Origin: Epiperipatus broadwayi
Lineage: Eukaryota; Animalia; Onychophora
Assembly (NCBI GenBank): GCA_028023455.1
Contig: JAQFVV010000001.1
Location: 7,254,001-7,318,000 of the forward strand
Direction: 5' to 3'
DNA length: 64,000 bases
The translations under genes were made by a program, and so were the position numbers. Of this stretch, positions 25,989 to 40,500 are shown in pieces (positions within the stretch are counted from its first letter, which is position 1; the number at the start of each line of letters is the position of its first letter). The notes below the pieces were generated by a model, which did not search any database, had not been told where the DNA came from, and saw nothing but the letters and a program-made list of their open reading frames with translations.

Positions 25989-26483
25989 GGCACAGGGTGG
26001 CACTATTGTATGGAGAGTTTTGCCTTGTTTAATAACAATTATGTGCTAGTATAAGAGATAGTGATTATGTGATGTATAGTGGTTTAACACCAATCCTGCC
26101 TAATAGGATAGTGGTGGCTATGGTTGTTAAAGAGCCAAAGACACCAAGTGTATGAGTGCTGAACTGAGTTCAGACCTATATGACTATATAAGCTATTGAC
26201 CTTAGATTGAAAATATTGTGTTTTCAATTTCATTCTCATAGTTTTGTAGTTAAGTAGAGATAAAAGGTGGCTGCTGGAGGGTTGCATTAGATTCTAAGAT
26301 CTAGGTGCAGTGCTCTCAGATCCAAGGCTCCTCACTGACGAAAGCCACAAGCCAGAAACTAGTCTGGGGATATTGGATGAGTAGGCACTAGATAGGGATT
26401 TTATGCACAAGCCTTCTGGGATCCATTGATTACTCTGGTTGGCACAAGGTGGCACTATTGTATGGAGAGTTTTGTCTTGCTTA
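25989..26483 (+). mobile_element. Family 1 retrozyme-like monomer (452-nt period) with ~43-bp terminal redundancy
   Basis: ggcaca(g/a)ggtggcactattgtatggagagttttg at 25989 and 26441; aligns to the 15501-16777 units. Confidence 0.9.
26330..26369 (+). ncRNA. Type I hammerhead ribozyme (family 1), all core residues intact
   Basis: cctca CTGACGA aagc cacaa gcc a GAAA ctag TC tgggg; palindromic CTAG in helix III. Confidence 0.8.
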
Positions 26484-27068
26484 GATTATAAATAATTTTT
26501 AATGGGAAAATTTCTTTGCTCAGAAGCTATCAAAGCAGTTCAAGTTAAATAAATGTGCAGTGTAGCTGCTATATTTAGAAAAGTCTTACTTAATTAAATT
26601 TAATATTTATAGTTCAAAACAACATGAAGAGGCATCAGTTTTTATAAAATATTGTAAAATTTTCAATTGCTCAAATAGAGCTATCCCTTCAATGTCCTGA
26701 TTATTAAAACTTTTATTATCTCATAATTTTATTTTAAGAGATACTAATCATTCACAGAAGTTAGGTCTTAACTCACAATGGCTGCAATGTGGTATAAAAA
26801 CTTTGAGATTATCAACAAAATTTCATATTGTTTTTATGAAAAGTATTTGTTTTATATAAATATGATTTCAAATTTGATTTTTTTAATTATAAGCATTGTT
26901 TAAAACACACATTAAAATGTTTACACAAAAATTAAAAAAATACAGCCATAAAATTGTAAAAATTAAGAAATAAAATTATTTTTATTGATTTCTTATAATC
27001 AGATATGATATAAATTTGCTTTTTATTATTGTTGCCAATAGTTACAATCAGTTTTATAATATTTATAT

Positions 27069-27113
27069 TACATTCAAATATCAGCCTTTCAAGCTAATTG
27101 AGCACGCACTTTT
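27069..27113. repeat. Dispersed fragment homologous to one arm of the 59480-59576 hairpin
   Basis: tacattcaaatatcagcctttcaagctaattgagcacgca vs tacattcaaagatcagcctttcaagctaattgtgcatgca. Confidence 0.8.
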
Positions 27114-30060
27114 TGAGAGCGTTAAATAAATGAATACTCCCATCTCCAATCCAAGATATGGTATTTATGCAGGAATAAAAAGGATCCCTCTTATTCCTAC
27201 AACACAAATTCTTTTTATATGAGCAAATCTGAAGAACTGTTGAGGAGTTGGGGGAAGGGGCAGTCATTTGAAAAAGATGAACTTTTTTTACAACTGTTTA
27301 GACCATGAAATACTACTGCTTTACCTAAAAAGAAGGGTATAAAATTTATACTATACAAGCTTGGAAAATAGAGACATACTGAGATGGATACCTGCATAAT
27401 TTAAAAAATAATATGAAATTAAAGCAGTTGAATATTGACAGTGGTATCACATGCCACTTAAAGTTATTGAGAGTTAATTTGGTGTAAGATTGTGAGATTT
27501 GCACATCAGCTAGAATTTTCATAGCAACATTTAAAGATACACATTTCAAGTCAGAACATCAATTACAACCTCCTTATTTGGGCATTAAATGTCAATTAAA
27601 CTTTTCTCTATGTCTATATTTTCACCACAATGACTTAACATTGTATCATTAATTAGTATCACATCTAAAAAAAACCCACAAAATCAATTAATAGATCATT
27701 TTTTGGCATGACTAAATTTCTTAATTTATTCTCAAAAATATGCATTTCACAGATTAATTTTTATTTATTTTTTACTTCATATCATTTTGAATAAAATCTT
27801 TTTTCATTATTTGTTTTATCTTGTACGGTTTAGTGTAGTGGTAGGAGGTGGGCTATGGAGCTTAACAACCATGGACCATTGTTTTTTTACTACTGCTGTT
27901 TAAATTTCTTATGGATTTCTGGGAAAAAACTATTTAATTACTATTCTTTATTATTCAGTTTGAATTCATTATAATAATAATGATGAAGACTGTCTACATC
28001 TCTTTAAGTCATATACATATTTATTGTATTTGAGATGACACAATCTTTTGTTATTCTATATTCAAGTAAAAAAAGTCTTTGTGGATACTCATATATACTT
28101 TGAAAACAATGTAAATTGGATGCAGTAAATAGTAAAACATTGTTTTGATGATAAACAATGATTAATGGTTCATGTTATATTCAAATGTTGCAAAATACCT
28201 ACTGTTTCATTTCATATTAAGAATATGAAATTAATAATAATTTTATGGCTTCTCTTCTAATATAGGCAGAATGTTACTTTTCTAAAACTACAAGTTCAAA
28301 AACTTTTATTTCTTGAGTAAATCAGGCAACATGACATCATAATAATATAAACAAAGACAGTAATTTCTGTAACACATTCTATGAATGTTTCTTAAGATAT
28401 CAAGTCAAATTACATTTATCCATATGCCATATAAATACCTGCAATTCATACTGATTTTCAACTGGGTCTGAAATAAAAACCAAAAAGATTACATCTCTCT
28501 GCTAAAAGTTTGCTTTTATATTTGTACATTTTTGTATTAGCCATCAAAAACTCTTGTATTCATAGTACTTTCTTTTATTTAAAAAAAATTGAATTGTTAA
28601 AAAAAAATCAAATATAAATAATATATATTGATTTGCAATTATGTATGATATATAAAAAAATCAAAAAGATATTGCAATTCTTTACTCAAAGTTTATTCTC
28701 AAAGCAAATGCCAGCAAAAAATAAAAAAAATGGAGAAAGCTTATTATCTGAGCATTTGAAGATCAGTTTAAATGAGTAAAGTTTATAATTTGAATTGCAT
28801 CATTTCAGCTCTATGATTACAATTTTCATTAATAAATTTTTTGATTTAAATAATATCTTTTGTTGTGGCCTGAGTTTTTATTATCATTAATTTTCTGCTA
28901 ATATTATAAATCATAAATTACATTTTAAATATAAGTGTTATTACAAATGTTGTGACAAATGAAAACATTTTTTAAAAATAATTGGTGGAGGGGGAACTGA
29001 TTGAATTGTTAAAAAAATTAGATGAAAATATTTCTGTTCATAAGCTACTTCAATTGTGTATGATCCCAAAAGGAAAGAAGCAATTTTACTCCAAAACATT
29101 TGCATCAGAGCTAATGATTAACAAAAATAATATGAGAGATAGTGAAAGTACCAAATTTTATTGATATTAGAATGGTTTTCCAGCATCATAGTGATTTATC
29201 AAGGGCCATAATCATAAAAAAAGTTAAATTAGAACATACATCTGAATGGATGAAAGATGGGTTCTCAAGTTTAAGCACTGCTGAAAAATTATCTTTTGAA
29301 TAATTTGACATTTATAATTAATGACTGAAGGTGTAATGTAGATAAAACAGCTTTAAAATGCACATCGAAGAGAACATTTAACAATAGAAGATGAAAATGA
29401 TTCTACAGGTTTTAATCTAAAAATAGAGTAACCATATTGATATGCTCCAATCCAGCAGTTTCTCTTAGATGTAATTTACAAATACGTAATCAAAAAAAAG
29501 TAAATGCTTTAGAGACTTGAAAGATGTGAAAATGTGCCCCATAATCTATTACACAAATAAAAATAGCTGAATTTCTATTAATATAATCTTAGAATGATTT
29601 CAGAATCTTTTTTATTCCACAAGACAAAGCATGTTCACATCTAAAGAACTACTAGAAAACTGTAATGTTTATTTTTGGACAACTGTTTAGCTCATTCCAA
29701 ATCTGAATTTATATGCAAAATGATGTTTTTATAATTTATTTACTAATAAATTGTATATCTCTTATCCATTTCATATACCAAAGAATATTGCATTTTTTAA
29801 ATCTAAATATTTTATTTTTATGAAAAATTTGATAAATGAGGTAAATATTGACTCTTCTATAGAAACATTTTATTAAGAAATTAAACATAAAAGATATTCT
29901 TTAGTTTATTGCTTAAGAATACAAAAATATAGAAATTTAACTCTGAAGCATGGCTGACATATGTTGTAGTTTACCATGCATTCACTAAAAAGAAATCCAT
30001 AGAATAAGCTTAAGATTTTCTAAATTTTACATCTAGAAAGAAATTGTTAGTAATTTTATT

Positions 30061-30107
30061 GTTTTTTTTTTTTCTCATGTGTCATAGTATCAACCGGGAA
30101 GCGAATC
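30061..30107 (-). mobile_element. 5'-truncated copy of the tRNA-derived SINE
   Basis: poly-T plus ctcatgtgtcatagtatcaaccgggaagcgaatcc resembles 8121-8165. Confidence 0.6.
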
Positions 30108-31899
30108 CGCTACTGAAAATATTACAAAATACAATGTTGAAGACATTTACTACTTTAATAAGAAAATCTAAATAATGGAGTGACTTTTAATGGCAAAATT
30201 GCTGTTATGCATAATCTTATTAACTCAAAAATTATGGATAGTGATCTGAATGCTGATAAAAGTAGTGATGAGAATAATTCAAAATAGTGATGATGATGAT
30301 GAGAAATTTATAATTGATGTTAATTGAGTGATTGGATAATTTAATAAATGATTAGAGACATACATTGATTAAGAACTATTAAAGGGCATTCATAAAATGG
30401 AAGAAGAATTGCATTATAACAGAATAAAACATATAAAGTAGCTTTGCATCAATAAAATACTTACTAAAATGCTGAAAAAGCAAACTTTTTTAATGGTCAA
30501 ATATAGAATAGATATTGTATTTTGAAACTCTTGGTTGTTGACACTTGGATTTGTAAATTTTGCAAATATATATGAAATCATTCAAATACATATCTGTAAT
30601 TACAATGATAAAAAAAGAAAATACTTGTATAAAAATATTCTATATTTGTGGCTTTAAAAATTTTAATTATTAAAGGAAAATAAATTTAATTTTATTACTT
30701 AGCATTTATTTGAAGCATTATTTAATGTTGCTGGTAGCAAAAAAAAAAATCCATTTGCTTAATTGCCCAGGTCATGTGATATTTAAGCTTCCTAGGGGCA
30801 GGCCAAACAGATAGTTCCATTTAATTGAATGAGATTTATTTTTGTATATCAGCATAGAAGTGATCCTTTAATCTATATTATGATCTAGCCACTTTATCAC
30901 TGTGCTAAATTATACAGGGCAATGCTGTTTATGCAGGAGTCAGTTTTTTTTAATGTGCGAATTGGTAACTTAAATGGATGATAAACAAAAAATAGATAAA
31001 AAAAATAGATTAAAAAAAATTGAAATTTAAAAGTAAAAATTCAAAAGAAATCATATCTTAAAATTTTGTTTTATTTATGTATCATTGTTTTCTTATTGAC
31101 AGCATTATTTTTTTTAAATTCAGCAACTTCTTTCGGAAATCTAAGTGCATCATCCAAGTAATTATCTACAACTGAATGGCATATACTCCTAGGTACTTAT
31201 GTTTTTGTGATAACTAATTTAATAAAGTATTAAAAACAAAATTATGAACAGCCATTGTAAATAATCTCCCAAATCTGAATTTTATTTTGCTTTTATAAAA
31301 TAATTATAAAAGTAATAATTTTACTTAAATCAAGCAAACTTATTTGAAAAAATTACATAGAACACATTTGATTAAGGATATCACTTTTTACACAATAGAA
31401 AATATTTTGTGTTTGAGAAATTCAACGAAATAAGCTTAGTCTCAGAAAAATGAAAAAAGATAAGTTGTATGCATACGCATGAAGAAATCATCTTCTATCA
31501 GTGGAAAATATTAGACTATTTGTGAACGTCTTGTCAGACATGGTCCATCTTATGGAGCCAAACAATCTGATAAATATTACGTGTATCAGTATATGCTGCA
31601 ATAAAATAATTTTTAAACTGTTTTGTGGAGGAATTTTGTATTTAATGTAATAACTTCAAGCATAATTCAGGTATTTAATTTACTGATATAGTAATTTAAT
31701 TTCAAAGTTCATGTATTGTATTAATAATTGGGACAATTGTATTTCCTTCTTTAAAAAATATATTATTTTAGAGGTTAATTAATAATTATTTTAAAAAAAC
31801 TTAAAAATATTATACATTATTAAAAGTTGTTTGCACATAAATGTTAGTTAACTAGAATGTTAAACGTTTGTAATAATAACTGGTAAAGCAAAAAAAATT

Positions 31900-32200
31900 G
31901 GAAGGGAAACAAATAATGAAAAATGATTCTCTTTATCACGTGACTACGCACATCATGTGTCTTTTGTCAGGTGGTATAAAAAAGCTCTTATAAAAAAGCA
32001 TTAAATTAAATCATCGAAGGATTTGTATTATTATTAAAGCTGTAGCATTTTTAAACCGTGAATTATCATTAATTGAGCGTGTTTTTTTTTCCTAGAAAAT
32101 TTTTTTTTAGCCTTAGGAAGCCTTATTGGCCTGTTCTTTTTTCTATTTATAGATACCGGCGTCTGTCTCTGAGTGGTAAGTATTGGATTTTTTTTTCTGT
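31900..32200 (+). promoter_or_regulatory. Possible CpG-retaining promoter or non-coding first exon
   Basis: Locally elevated CpG, CACGTG at ~31936, consensus splice donor GTG|GTAAGT at 32176. Confidence 0.25.
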
Positions 32201-33299
32201 CATTTTGTTTTTACTGTATGAAGTTACGACTAACAAAACTAGTTTTTTTTTAATATTGAGAGATCTTTACAAGTTCATATTCTTGAATTTAATTTAATAA
32301 TCAATAAAAATCTTGGAAATGGAGCGATTTATTATCTATCATCAAAAAATAAATAATTTGTCCTATCTAATAATATATTTATTAATTGCTGTTTATCTTA
32401 AAAAATATTGTTTTTCATAAATGAAAAAAAACTAAACATTTATTTCAAAGTATTAATTTATTTAGTAATTGAGATATCACTTGACTTCAGAAAATTGATT
32501 ATTGTATAGTGTATTGTTTGTGGAAATTCTAAGAATTTTAAAAATGCTTTAAACATTTTAAGAGCTGAAAAATAAATATAATCTTTGAAATCAAGTTTAT
32601 TTCTTTCCAGTCTCTTTCATAGCATCAGTTGTTTTTTCATTCTCAGTAGTTATTTGTTTGCAATTATAATTTAACATTAAATTTGTATTAAACGTATTGG
32701 GAATTGAGTTTGTTGACTCATAAGGGGTGTTCAATTATATATTGCACTCCTTTAATTCTACGTTAGTAAGCAGCATTTGCGAATATAGTATATATGTGTA
32801 GTAATAATGTAAAAGGCGAACGAACCATTATCAAAGTAAACCGTATTGGTCTTCCTTAGTTGAGCAGAGAAATAAATTGTGCTAACATTTTAATAAAGTG
32901 TAAATGGTTATTGTCAGTCGTGAAATAAAAATACGTATGGCACATTTGTTTCAAGTTGATGCCAATCTACAGACAAAGCTACCCTATTTCTTATGATATG
33001 AAGTTTTGCATTTGCACCCTGTTATATTTATTATACAATTTTTTTTAGTCACAATATATGATTTTTTTTTTTGACTTCTAATGAGCATTGAGATTTAATT
33101 TGAAGCAGTCTTGCACCAAAAAAAAAAAAAAATTGAACAACAAAAAAAATCATGTTAAGGATAACTTGATACAAGTTAAAAACAGCCTGTAAGTCTTAAG
33201 ACTATAGATAATTTCAATTTTTACTTAACAGTAGATATCTTTAGTACTTTTAGAGTATCAAGTTCTTGAAATTATGGTTTAAATGGTGGTTATAATAAT

Positions 33300-33845
33300 G
33301 AAAAAGAAACTACTTAAGTCTGTTAAAACTGATCATTTTTTGAATAATGATGTGAGAATTGAGTTAATTTTTGATGATATATTCCGTCTACTCATTTAGA
33401 TGTGGACAGCTCTTTATAAACTTAAAAATGGAAAGACTATAAGTTCTGAGTGAAATACTTGGAAGAGTTTTAAAATATGGTGGTATGTTAACTTTATCGA
33501 TAATAGGATTTTTTTTGGAATTTATTGATTCTTGAAGTTGTGACACATTAAATATGTTTCTGTTATTTAAAATAAAGGGAATAAGTTTGATTGTAGTAAT
33601 TATCATGGAATATCTTTGTTATCTACTGCAGTAAAGGTAAGGTACTTTCAAATATTTTTTGAATAGTTTATTTCCAATAATAGATGAATGGTTGGTTACC
33701 AGATATATACTGTGGTTTTAGAGATTCAAGAAACAATAAAGATAGGGTTTTTGTTGTCTTCCAAATGCAAAACAAATATCAGGAACAAAGTAATGACATA
33801 TGTATTGTTCTTATTAATTTAATCAAGATATTTGACTCAAAGATA
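33300..33845 (+). mobile_element. RTE-clade LINE RT fragment
   Basis: LKNGKT, DCSNYHGISLLSTAVKV, LPDIYCGFRDSRNNKDRVF..QNKYQEQSNDICIVLINLIKIFDS (RT early motifs). Confidence 0.85.
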
Positions 33846-35838
33846 CTAATTCCAACTTTGTTTTTGATTTTTATGCTTAATGGTTTGTGGAAACACAACA
33901 CTCATTTACTATAAATACTGATACAGTTATTACTATATTATCATTTCTTTATTATTGATTCAGCATAAAAATGCACCATTTATGCAAAATCAATGACATG
34001 GTTACATATGTGGCTTTCTTTAGCATGTTTATTAAAAGTAACAAATTGTCTATATTTTGCAGCGCAACATAACTTTAAATTCTCCATGTGGATTTCTGCT
34101 AATTATATTAATGGTTAATTTTGTGATTATTGCTTGGAAAAGTTTGGAAACAAGACAAAAAAAAATCTATATTGACTCCATAATACCAATTGCTGATTGT
34201 TTATTTTTGTTATTAAAAAAAATGGGGAGAAGTGAATAATTTAAAAAAGTTTTTTTTTACTTATTTTTTTCTTTTTCCAATTGCTATTTTAGGAAAATGA
34301 AGTCATAATTATTAGAGCATTTGGTCTTTTTTTTTTTTTTTGCAGTTTAATTTTGAGAAAAACAACAACAAAAAAAGCATTTACAATAATCAGATATCTA
34401 AGTTTATTTATTGTATTATACTGTATTACATTTTAGATATCTTTATACTATATATGAATTTTTTCAAAGCTTGAGAATTTGAAGTGTCTCTTTTGTAGTT
34501 ATTCTGAATTACAACAAGAGATATCAAATTATCAGTTGCCAGATTATTGATGTTCATTCTATACTACTATCAATAATGTTTAACTTAAAATGAATAAAAT
34601 TATTGGGAATGAATTTATAATGAGATACTATTGCATAAAAAATGAAAAAATTAAGAAAGAAACATTACTTTCAAAATCACTAATGATTGAAAATTATTAC
34701 TGTTTTTTTTTTTTTTGGAGTGTTCTTTTCTGTCAGTATAAATGGACATGTAATGAATGGAATTGTAGTTATGATAATTGATTGATAATGGTCATTTCAA
34801 ATGTTTTCACAAAAAATATTTACTCATCATAAACTTAAATGGCAGACATAATAATTTAGTAAATATAAGTACAGTATTAAATATTGTTATAAAAGATAGG
34901 ATTATTTTGTCAATTTGCAATAATAATAATAAATTGCTTAAAAATATTTTTTCTCATCTTACATTTTTAGGATATTTTGATTGATATTAAATATTTTAAT
35001 AAAAGATATAGCATGACTTTCAAGAACAACTTGAATTCTAAAATGATACAAAGCTAAAATACAACTCAATTGGACTCATCTTGAAAGTTTGGGATATAGA
35101 AACATACTTATTTGTTAATTTTATAATAAAAAAATAAATAATTTTATCCACAAAAGTTACGTTGATTGCAATAACATAACCAAATCTATTTAATTGAAAA
35201 GGAATTCAGTAGTGTGGGATATTTATGAATACAACACAGAATTAGAGGTTTTTAACCCAAAAGGAATTCAAGATTGTATTTAATTGACAAATTATTGTAG
35301 GAAGTTTAAAGATCTTTAAAGATCGAAAAACATAAATAAAGACAAGTTTAATGTATAGGAATCATCAGCATCATTTTCAACCATTATAATTATTGGATAT
35401 CAGTAACTGTTTTCAGAAAGTATATAATAACAAAACCAAGAAAATCTCTGTATCATTATAGATAAAAGAAACTTGTAATAGGTCTTTACAGAAAGGTTAT
35501 TATGCTGCAGTGTAGTTTGTCAAGGATTGTTATTAATGACTAAATAAATACATTAGTACTTAATGGAGTATAATTTTTACATTTCTTGACAGTTATATTA
35601 TCTCATTTTCCAATAGTTTAATCAGGTAATTGATAATAGTTCTTTTTAGCTGTAATTAAAAAAGAGTCAAGATCCCAATTAAGAATTATAGCTTATTTAT
35701 TAAGATATATTTCATTTACTACAAATAATGTTTATGATTTATTTATACATTTGTAAACTTAAGTATATATAACTTGTGAAATTCTTATCAATGTATGCAT
35801 ATTCTCTGCCTAAAGCAACTTACCTAATTAGACTAGGA

Positions 35839-37511
35839 CAGGTATATCAAACACACAGCCTGTGGGCCTCATGCAGCCTATTGATTAGTGGTTTGCAGCC
35901 TGACAAAAGTAGTAAGCAATATGATCATTTAATTTCTGACAATACCGATTTCAAAATTAAAGTTATAAATACACACATGAATTAAATAAATATAAACACA
36001 TTTTAAAAAATTAATAGTTTTATTAAATTATACATCATTTTACTGCACAATTTTTATGTGCATGTATAAATATAGTGAATGAGAATATTGCATAACCAGA
36101 GAGCTACATTCCATGAGAAAATAGATATTATTTCATCCATCCATTGTCTTTACTATAGTTGAAACAAATTATTATTATTTTTGACTTCAGATTCTAATCA
36201 CTGATTCATTCATAATATTCCTATATTAGAAAGTATAATTTTATTTGTGATTAATTAAGAATTTATTCAAATAATGTCTAAGTCCTCTACAAGTATAATT
36301 AAAAAATGATTAACTGAAGAACACACTTTTTAAAAAATTAGGAATTATAATATTTTTGTATTCAAGAAAAAAATAATGTTTTATGTCTGTTACGAAAAAA
36401 CTATTACCATTTGCAAAGAATATAATATTAAAAGACACAATGATACAATTCATAAGGAAAACTGACATATATGTTAGAAAACTAAAATGTCCCTAAAATT
36501 GTAAATTATATTCATGTACATGGTCTTAATCACCATCAATTTAGTAAATTTTTAGAAAATACAGGAAGTGAATATATGAATCTATCTTATACAGAATTTT
36601 GGTATCTTTCTAGTCATAAAGTTTTAAAGTAATTCTTCCAATTGCTAGACAAAGTTATTTTTTTAGAATTGAAAAATTATGAATGTGGAATATTAAAAGA
36701 TGATCAATGGATAAAAGACATGACTTTTTCAATTGACATTACAAATTACCTTAGTCAATTTAATCTTAAACTACAAGGCAAACATCATGTGGTTACTGTA
36801 TTATTTGACAATATCAATGTTTTCAAAAAGAAATTATTACTCTGGCAAAAATAAATTTGAAAAGATCTCATTTTGAATGTTCTCAATCATTATTACAAAA
36901 GTCATCAGAATTGAAATTTTCAGAATATGGTAATCAAATAAAATTATTAAAAAATCAATTTGAAAAAAGATTTTTGGATTTCAAAAAATGTGAAAATCAA
37001 TTTCACCTATTTACTTCTGTATATTGATGATAATTTACAACTGGAATTAATCAAAATTTATCATATTCCATATTGAAACAAAAATATGGGATGAGATTCC
37101 ACATTTCTAATGTGTTACATGCAATTTAGGATATTTTAATTATTTTCTCTAGCATGTATTTGTGTTGAACTATTTTCAGTTTTAAAAAATAACGAAATTG
37201 CAGAAAAATCAAGATTAACAGACCAGCATTTGCAATCAATTTTAAAAATAAACTCAAAAATAATTTTAATTTAAATAATGTAAACTTTAAAAAAAAAAAA
37301 GCAACAAACTTGTGTATTTCATTTTTATTTTTGTAACCTGATTGTATTTTGCACATACGTTATTTTGTATGTATAATTGCAATACTAATAATAAAAATCC
37401 TGCTTCCTCTTTAATTTTGAATTATTTTTTTTGTTGTTGTTGTAATGTGGTCCATGGTTTGATCTATAATTTATGGTGGTCATTAGTCATGAATGAGTTT
37501 TGACATGCCTG
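35839..37511 (+). mobile_element. Internally deleted hAT DNA transposon (SPIN/Buster, GTF2IRD2-like transposase)
   Basis: Termini caggtatatcaaac...gcctgtgggcctcatgcagcc / gagttttgacatgcctg; BED finger remnant KEYNIKRHNDTIH; GLNHHQFSKFL; DDQWIKDMTFSIDITNYLSQFNLKLQGK; SRLTDQHLQSILKI. Confidence 0.9.
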
Positions 37512-40500
37512 CTGTAGTATCATGAGATGGTTGTTATTGAGAGTTTGACCACTGTTTGCCACTCCTTTAGAATAGTTTTTATCAGCTTGTTTTAGCATCT
37601 TGATGCAGTATTATAGAATGCCATAATCTTTGATTAGCCCTTTACATATTAAGAATCATAGTTTGTCATTTTATTTTGATTACACTATTGCTCTTATGAA
37701 TGATAGTATTTATTAAATCTATCTTGATATTTCAAATCAAAATTTTGTACCTAGTTTTTATGAATTATTTTTTTAAAAAAGTAGTAAATCCTGAAATGTA
37801 AAATTTTACACAAATACATATAAAATGATTTTTTTTTGAAGCAAGTCATTTTATTGTTTCATTATATAAAATTTGATATACATTTGTTAGATTACATTAC
37901 TTATAAAAAAATAGATTTATTATATGGAATATTCACTTTAAAAAGTTTATTGACTTTGATAATATTATTAACTATACAATACTTTTGAATCATGAAATAG
38001 CCTAATAACTTTATATATTGATCTAAACATGTTTTTTCTATTACAGAGGCCTATTCAAGGCCATTTCAGTCACCTACTTCCTTGTGCTTAGCAATATACT
38101 CATTTTTCTTTGTAAGATCATCTGTTACATGAAAACATTCTTATTTAATTATTTTTTAAAAATATATTCTTGCCTGTGGGAGATTAAGAATGTTTATATT
38201 AATGTTTTACTTCAAGTTTCTTTAAGTTAAAATGCTGGTTCTTTATAAATAGTACATTTGTATTCAAATAGTCTAACATTTAGATTACTATATGTTATTA
38301 CTAAGCAATTAGTTTAATGATAATTATGGTTATAGAGTACAGAGTTCTAAGATGAATTCCATTAGAGAAGAATAAAAACAAATCTTCTATCTGACTTTAA
38401 TAAACTATTATGTATGCTCTGCTCACAACTTTGGTATTGAATATCATTTGACCTACCAACCATTTGTATGATTAATAAATCAAACTTTGGAATGTACCTT
38501 GGAGGGTAATTAGTTTATTTAAGGGAAGTAGTGTGGTTTACTTTCTTACATGATTATCTTTGAGTTTTTTCACAGGATAACTACTAAAAAAAAAAAATTA
38601 CATTCCAGGCCCCCCAAAAATAATTCTTTAGATAATTTTGTAAAAATATTTAGTAAAAAATTTTTTTTTACTGGAAGATAAGTTGAGTTAAACAAGCAAA
38701 AATGTATTAATGATAACAGGGCTACATCTGAAACTTTAATGAACCTCACATCTTTAAGATATATATTTTTTTAATTTGACTTTATTAAATAATTATTATG
38801 ATTGCTTCTTTGTGACAGTCATGATCCTAATGGCAGATTGAGCATTAACTGTTCCATTCAGTTTTACTTTTTTTATATTGTGTTACTCTGCTGAGAATTT
38901 ATTCTGAACTTTTAGCTCTAAGTTTGTCACTTTACCACTGCACCCAACCACACAATTTCCAATTTGCATATGTAGGCTATTCCACAAATTTATGTATTTT
39001 TTTATTTATTTTTATGTCATTTTTTTTACTTCAGGTGAATATTTATATTATTGTGGGTATAAACACTAGCTTTACACACACAAATACTTTCAGTAGTGAA
39101 AGATATTTGCCTTTTGTCAACATTTTGTTTCTAAGAGTAGAAATGATTTTAAAAAGTTGACAAACTATACTTTACACCAATAATAAAAAGTATTTTTAAT
39201 GTTTATTTCTGCAATAGTAGTATAAGATAAAAAGATATTCACAAAGATTGTATAATTTATCTGTAGATATTTTAAAACTTGTGTTTTGTCTTAAATTTAA
39301 TATAATTTTAGAATTTGAGTCAAGAAATTGATTCAAGATATGTGCTGATCTATTTCAAAATAATGCTAAAAAATCATTGATGCTGTTAATAGACCTAATA
39401 ACTTGCCCTATAAAATATTTTCTTCAATGTTATTCTTCATAATTCTTCATTTCAAAAGATTTCAAATTTACATTGAAATTTTTTTTTTTTTTTACTATCA
39501 GTCTTATTGGATTCATTAAATTTTGTCATATTAATTTATTCTATTCCATTAAAAATACCTTATTCTATTTGTGGTTTGTTGACTTGCATTTCTTTTATAA
39601 TTTTATTTTTTATTTTCATACCAACTCTACTAATTTACTCTTATTCTGAATTCAATTTCATGAAATGGCCAAAGAAATCATGAGTAATGCCATTCTAATT
39701 CCATAAAAAGTAAAAGGGAAGCTAGAATGACCAAGGTACAGAAGACAAAAACAAAAAAAGATTAAAGTCAGAATTGCTATTCATACAATTAAGGAATTGA
39801 AATGTGGTTGATAAACTCAGTACAATAATATGATTGAAATCCTGTGTCAGACTCTACAATGGTTTAGGTAAAGTAGAAAAAAAAAAAAGAGTGGAAATAG
39901 AATAAGTAAAAAAAAAACAAGTGGACAAGGTTTAAGATTATATCTTACATATCTACAAATTAATTTATGTAACAAAATCTTTTGCTATAAATTAGTCTTT
40001 TGCTATGAATTAGAAATAAATAATTTTTGACAACAAAAGTATTTGATAATAATATTAACCTAAATGTTTTTTCTTCATTAAGTAAATATTTTTCTAGGCC
40101 TGTAATATTTTATAGTAATAAACCTTGTTTTGAGAATAGAGAAATATATCAGTTGCAGTTGGAGCTATTTTGTAAACATTTTCAGCATATAATATTAAAT
40201 GAATCTAATTCTATCACATGCAGATCTTAAAATATAATTTAATATTTTAGACAATTATTATGATTATTATATAAAAAACAAATTGAAATTGTTTTTTTTA
40301 TAAATAAGGACACTTTATATGAAATATTTGTTGATATTGTGGCTAGCTGAATGTCCCTTACTGGTCAAAAGCTTTTCCTGAATTTTTCATGGTAATTTTT
40401 TTTTCATGAGTATCCTGCTTGGTTTTTAAAATTAATCATGCATATTTTTTCCCATCTTTTTTATTTCTGTTCATTCCATTAACTTTTATATATTTCAACC

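Noticed and set aside
25989-26483. TSD around the family 1 monomer
   Set aside because: Only a weak AT-rich resemblance (ttatgaacatttaa / ttataaataatttt); not convincing
33630-33645. Strong splice donor AAG|GTAAGG
   Set aside because: Lies within the RTE RT motif GISLLSTAVKV, so it is transposon sequence
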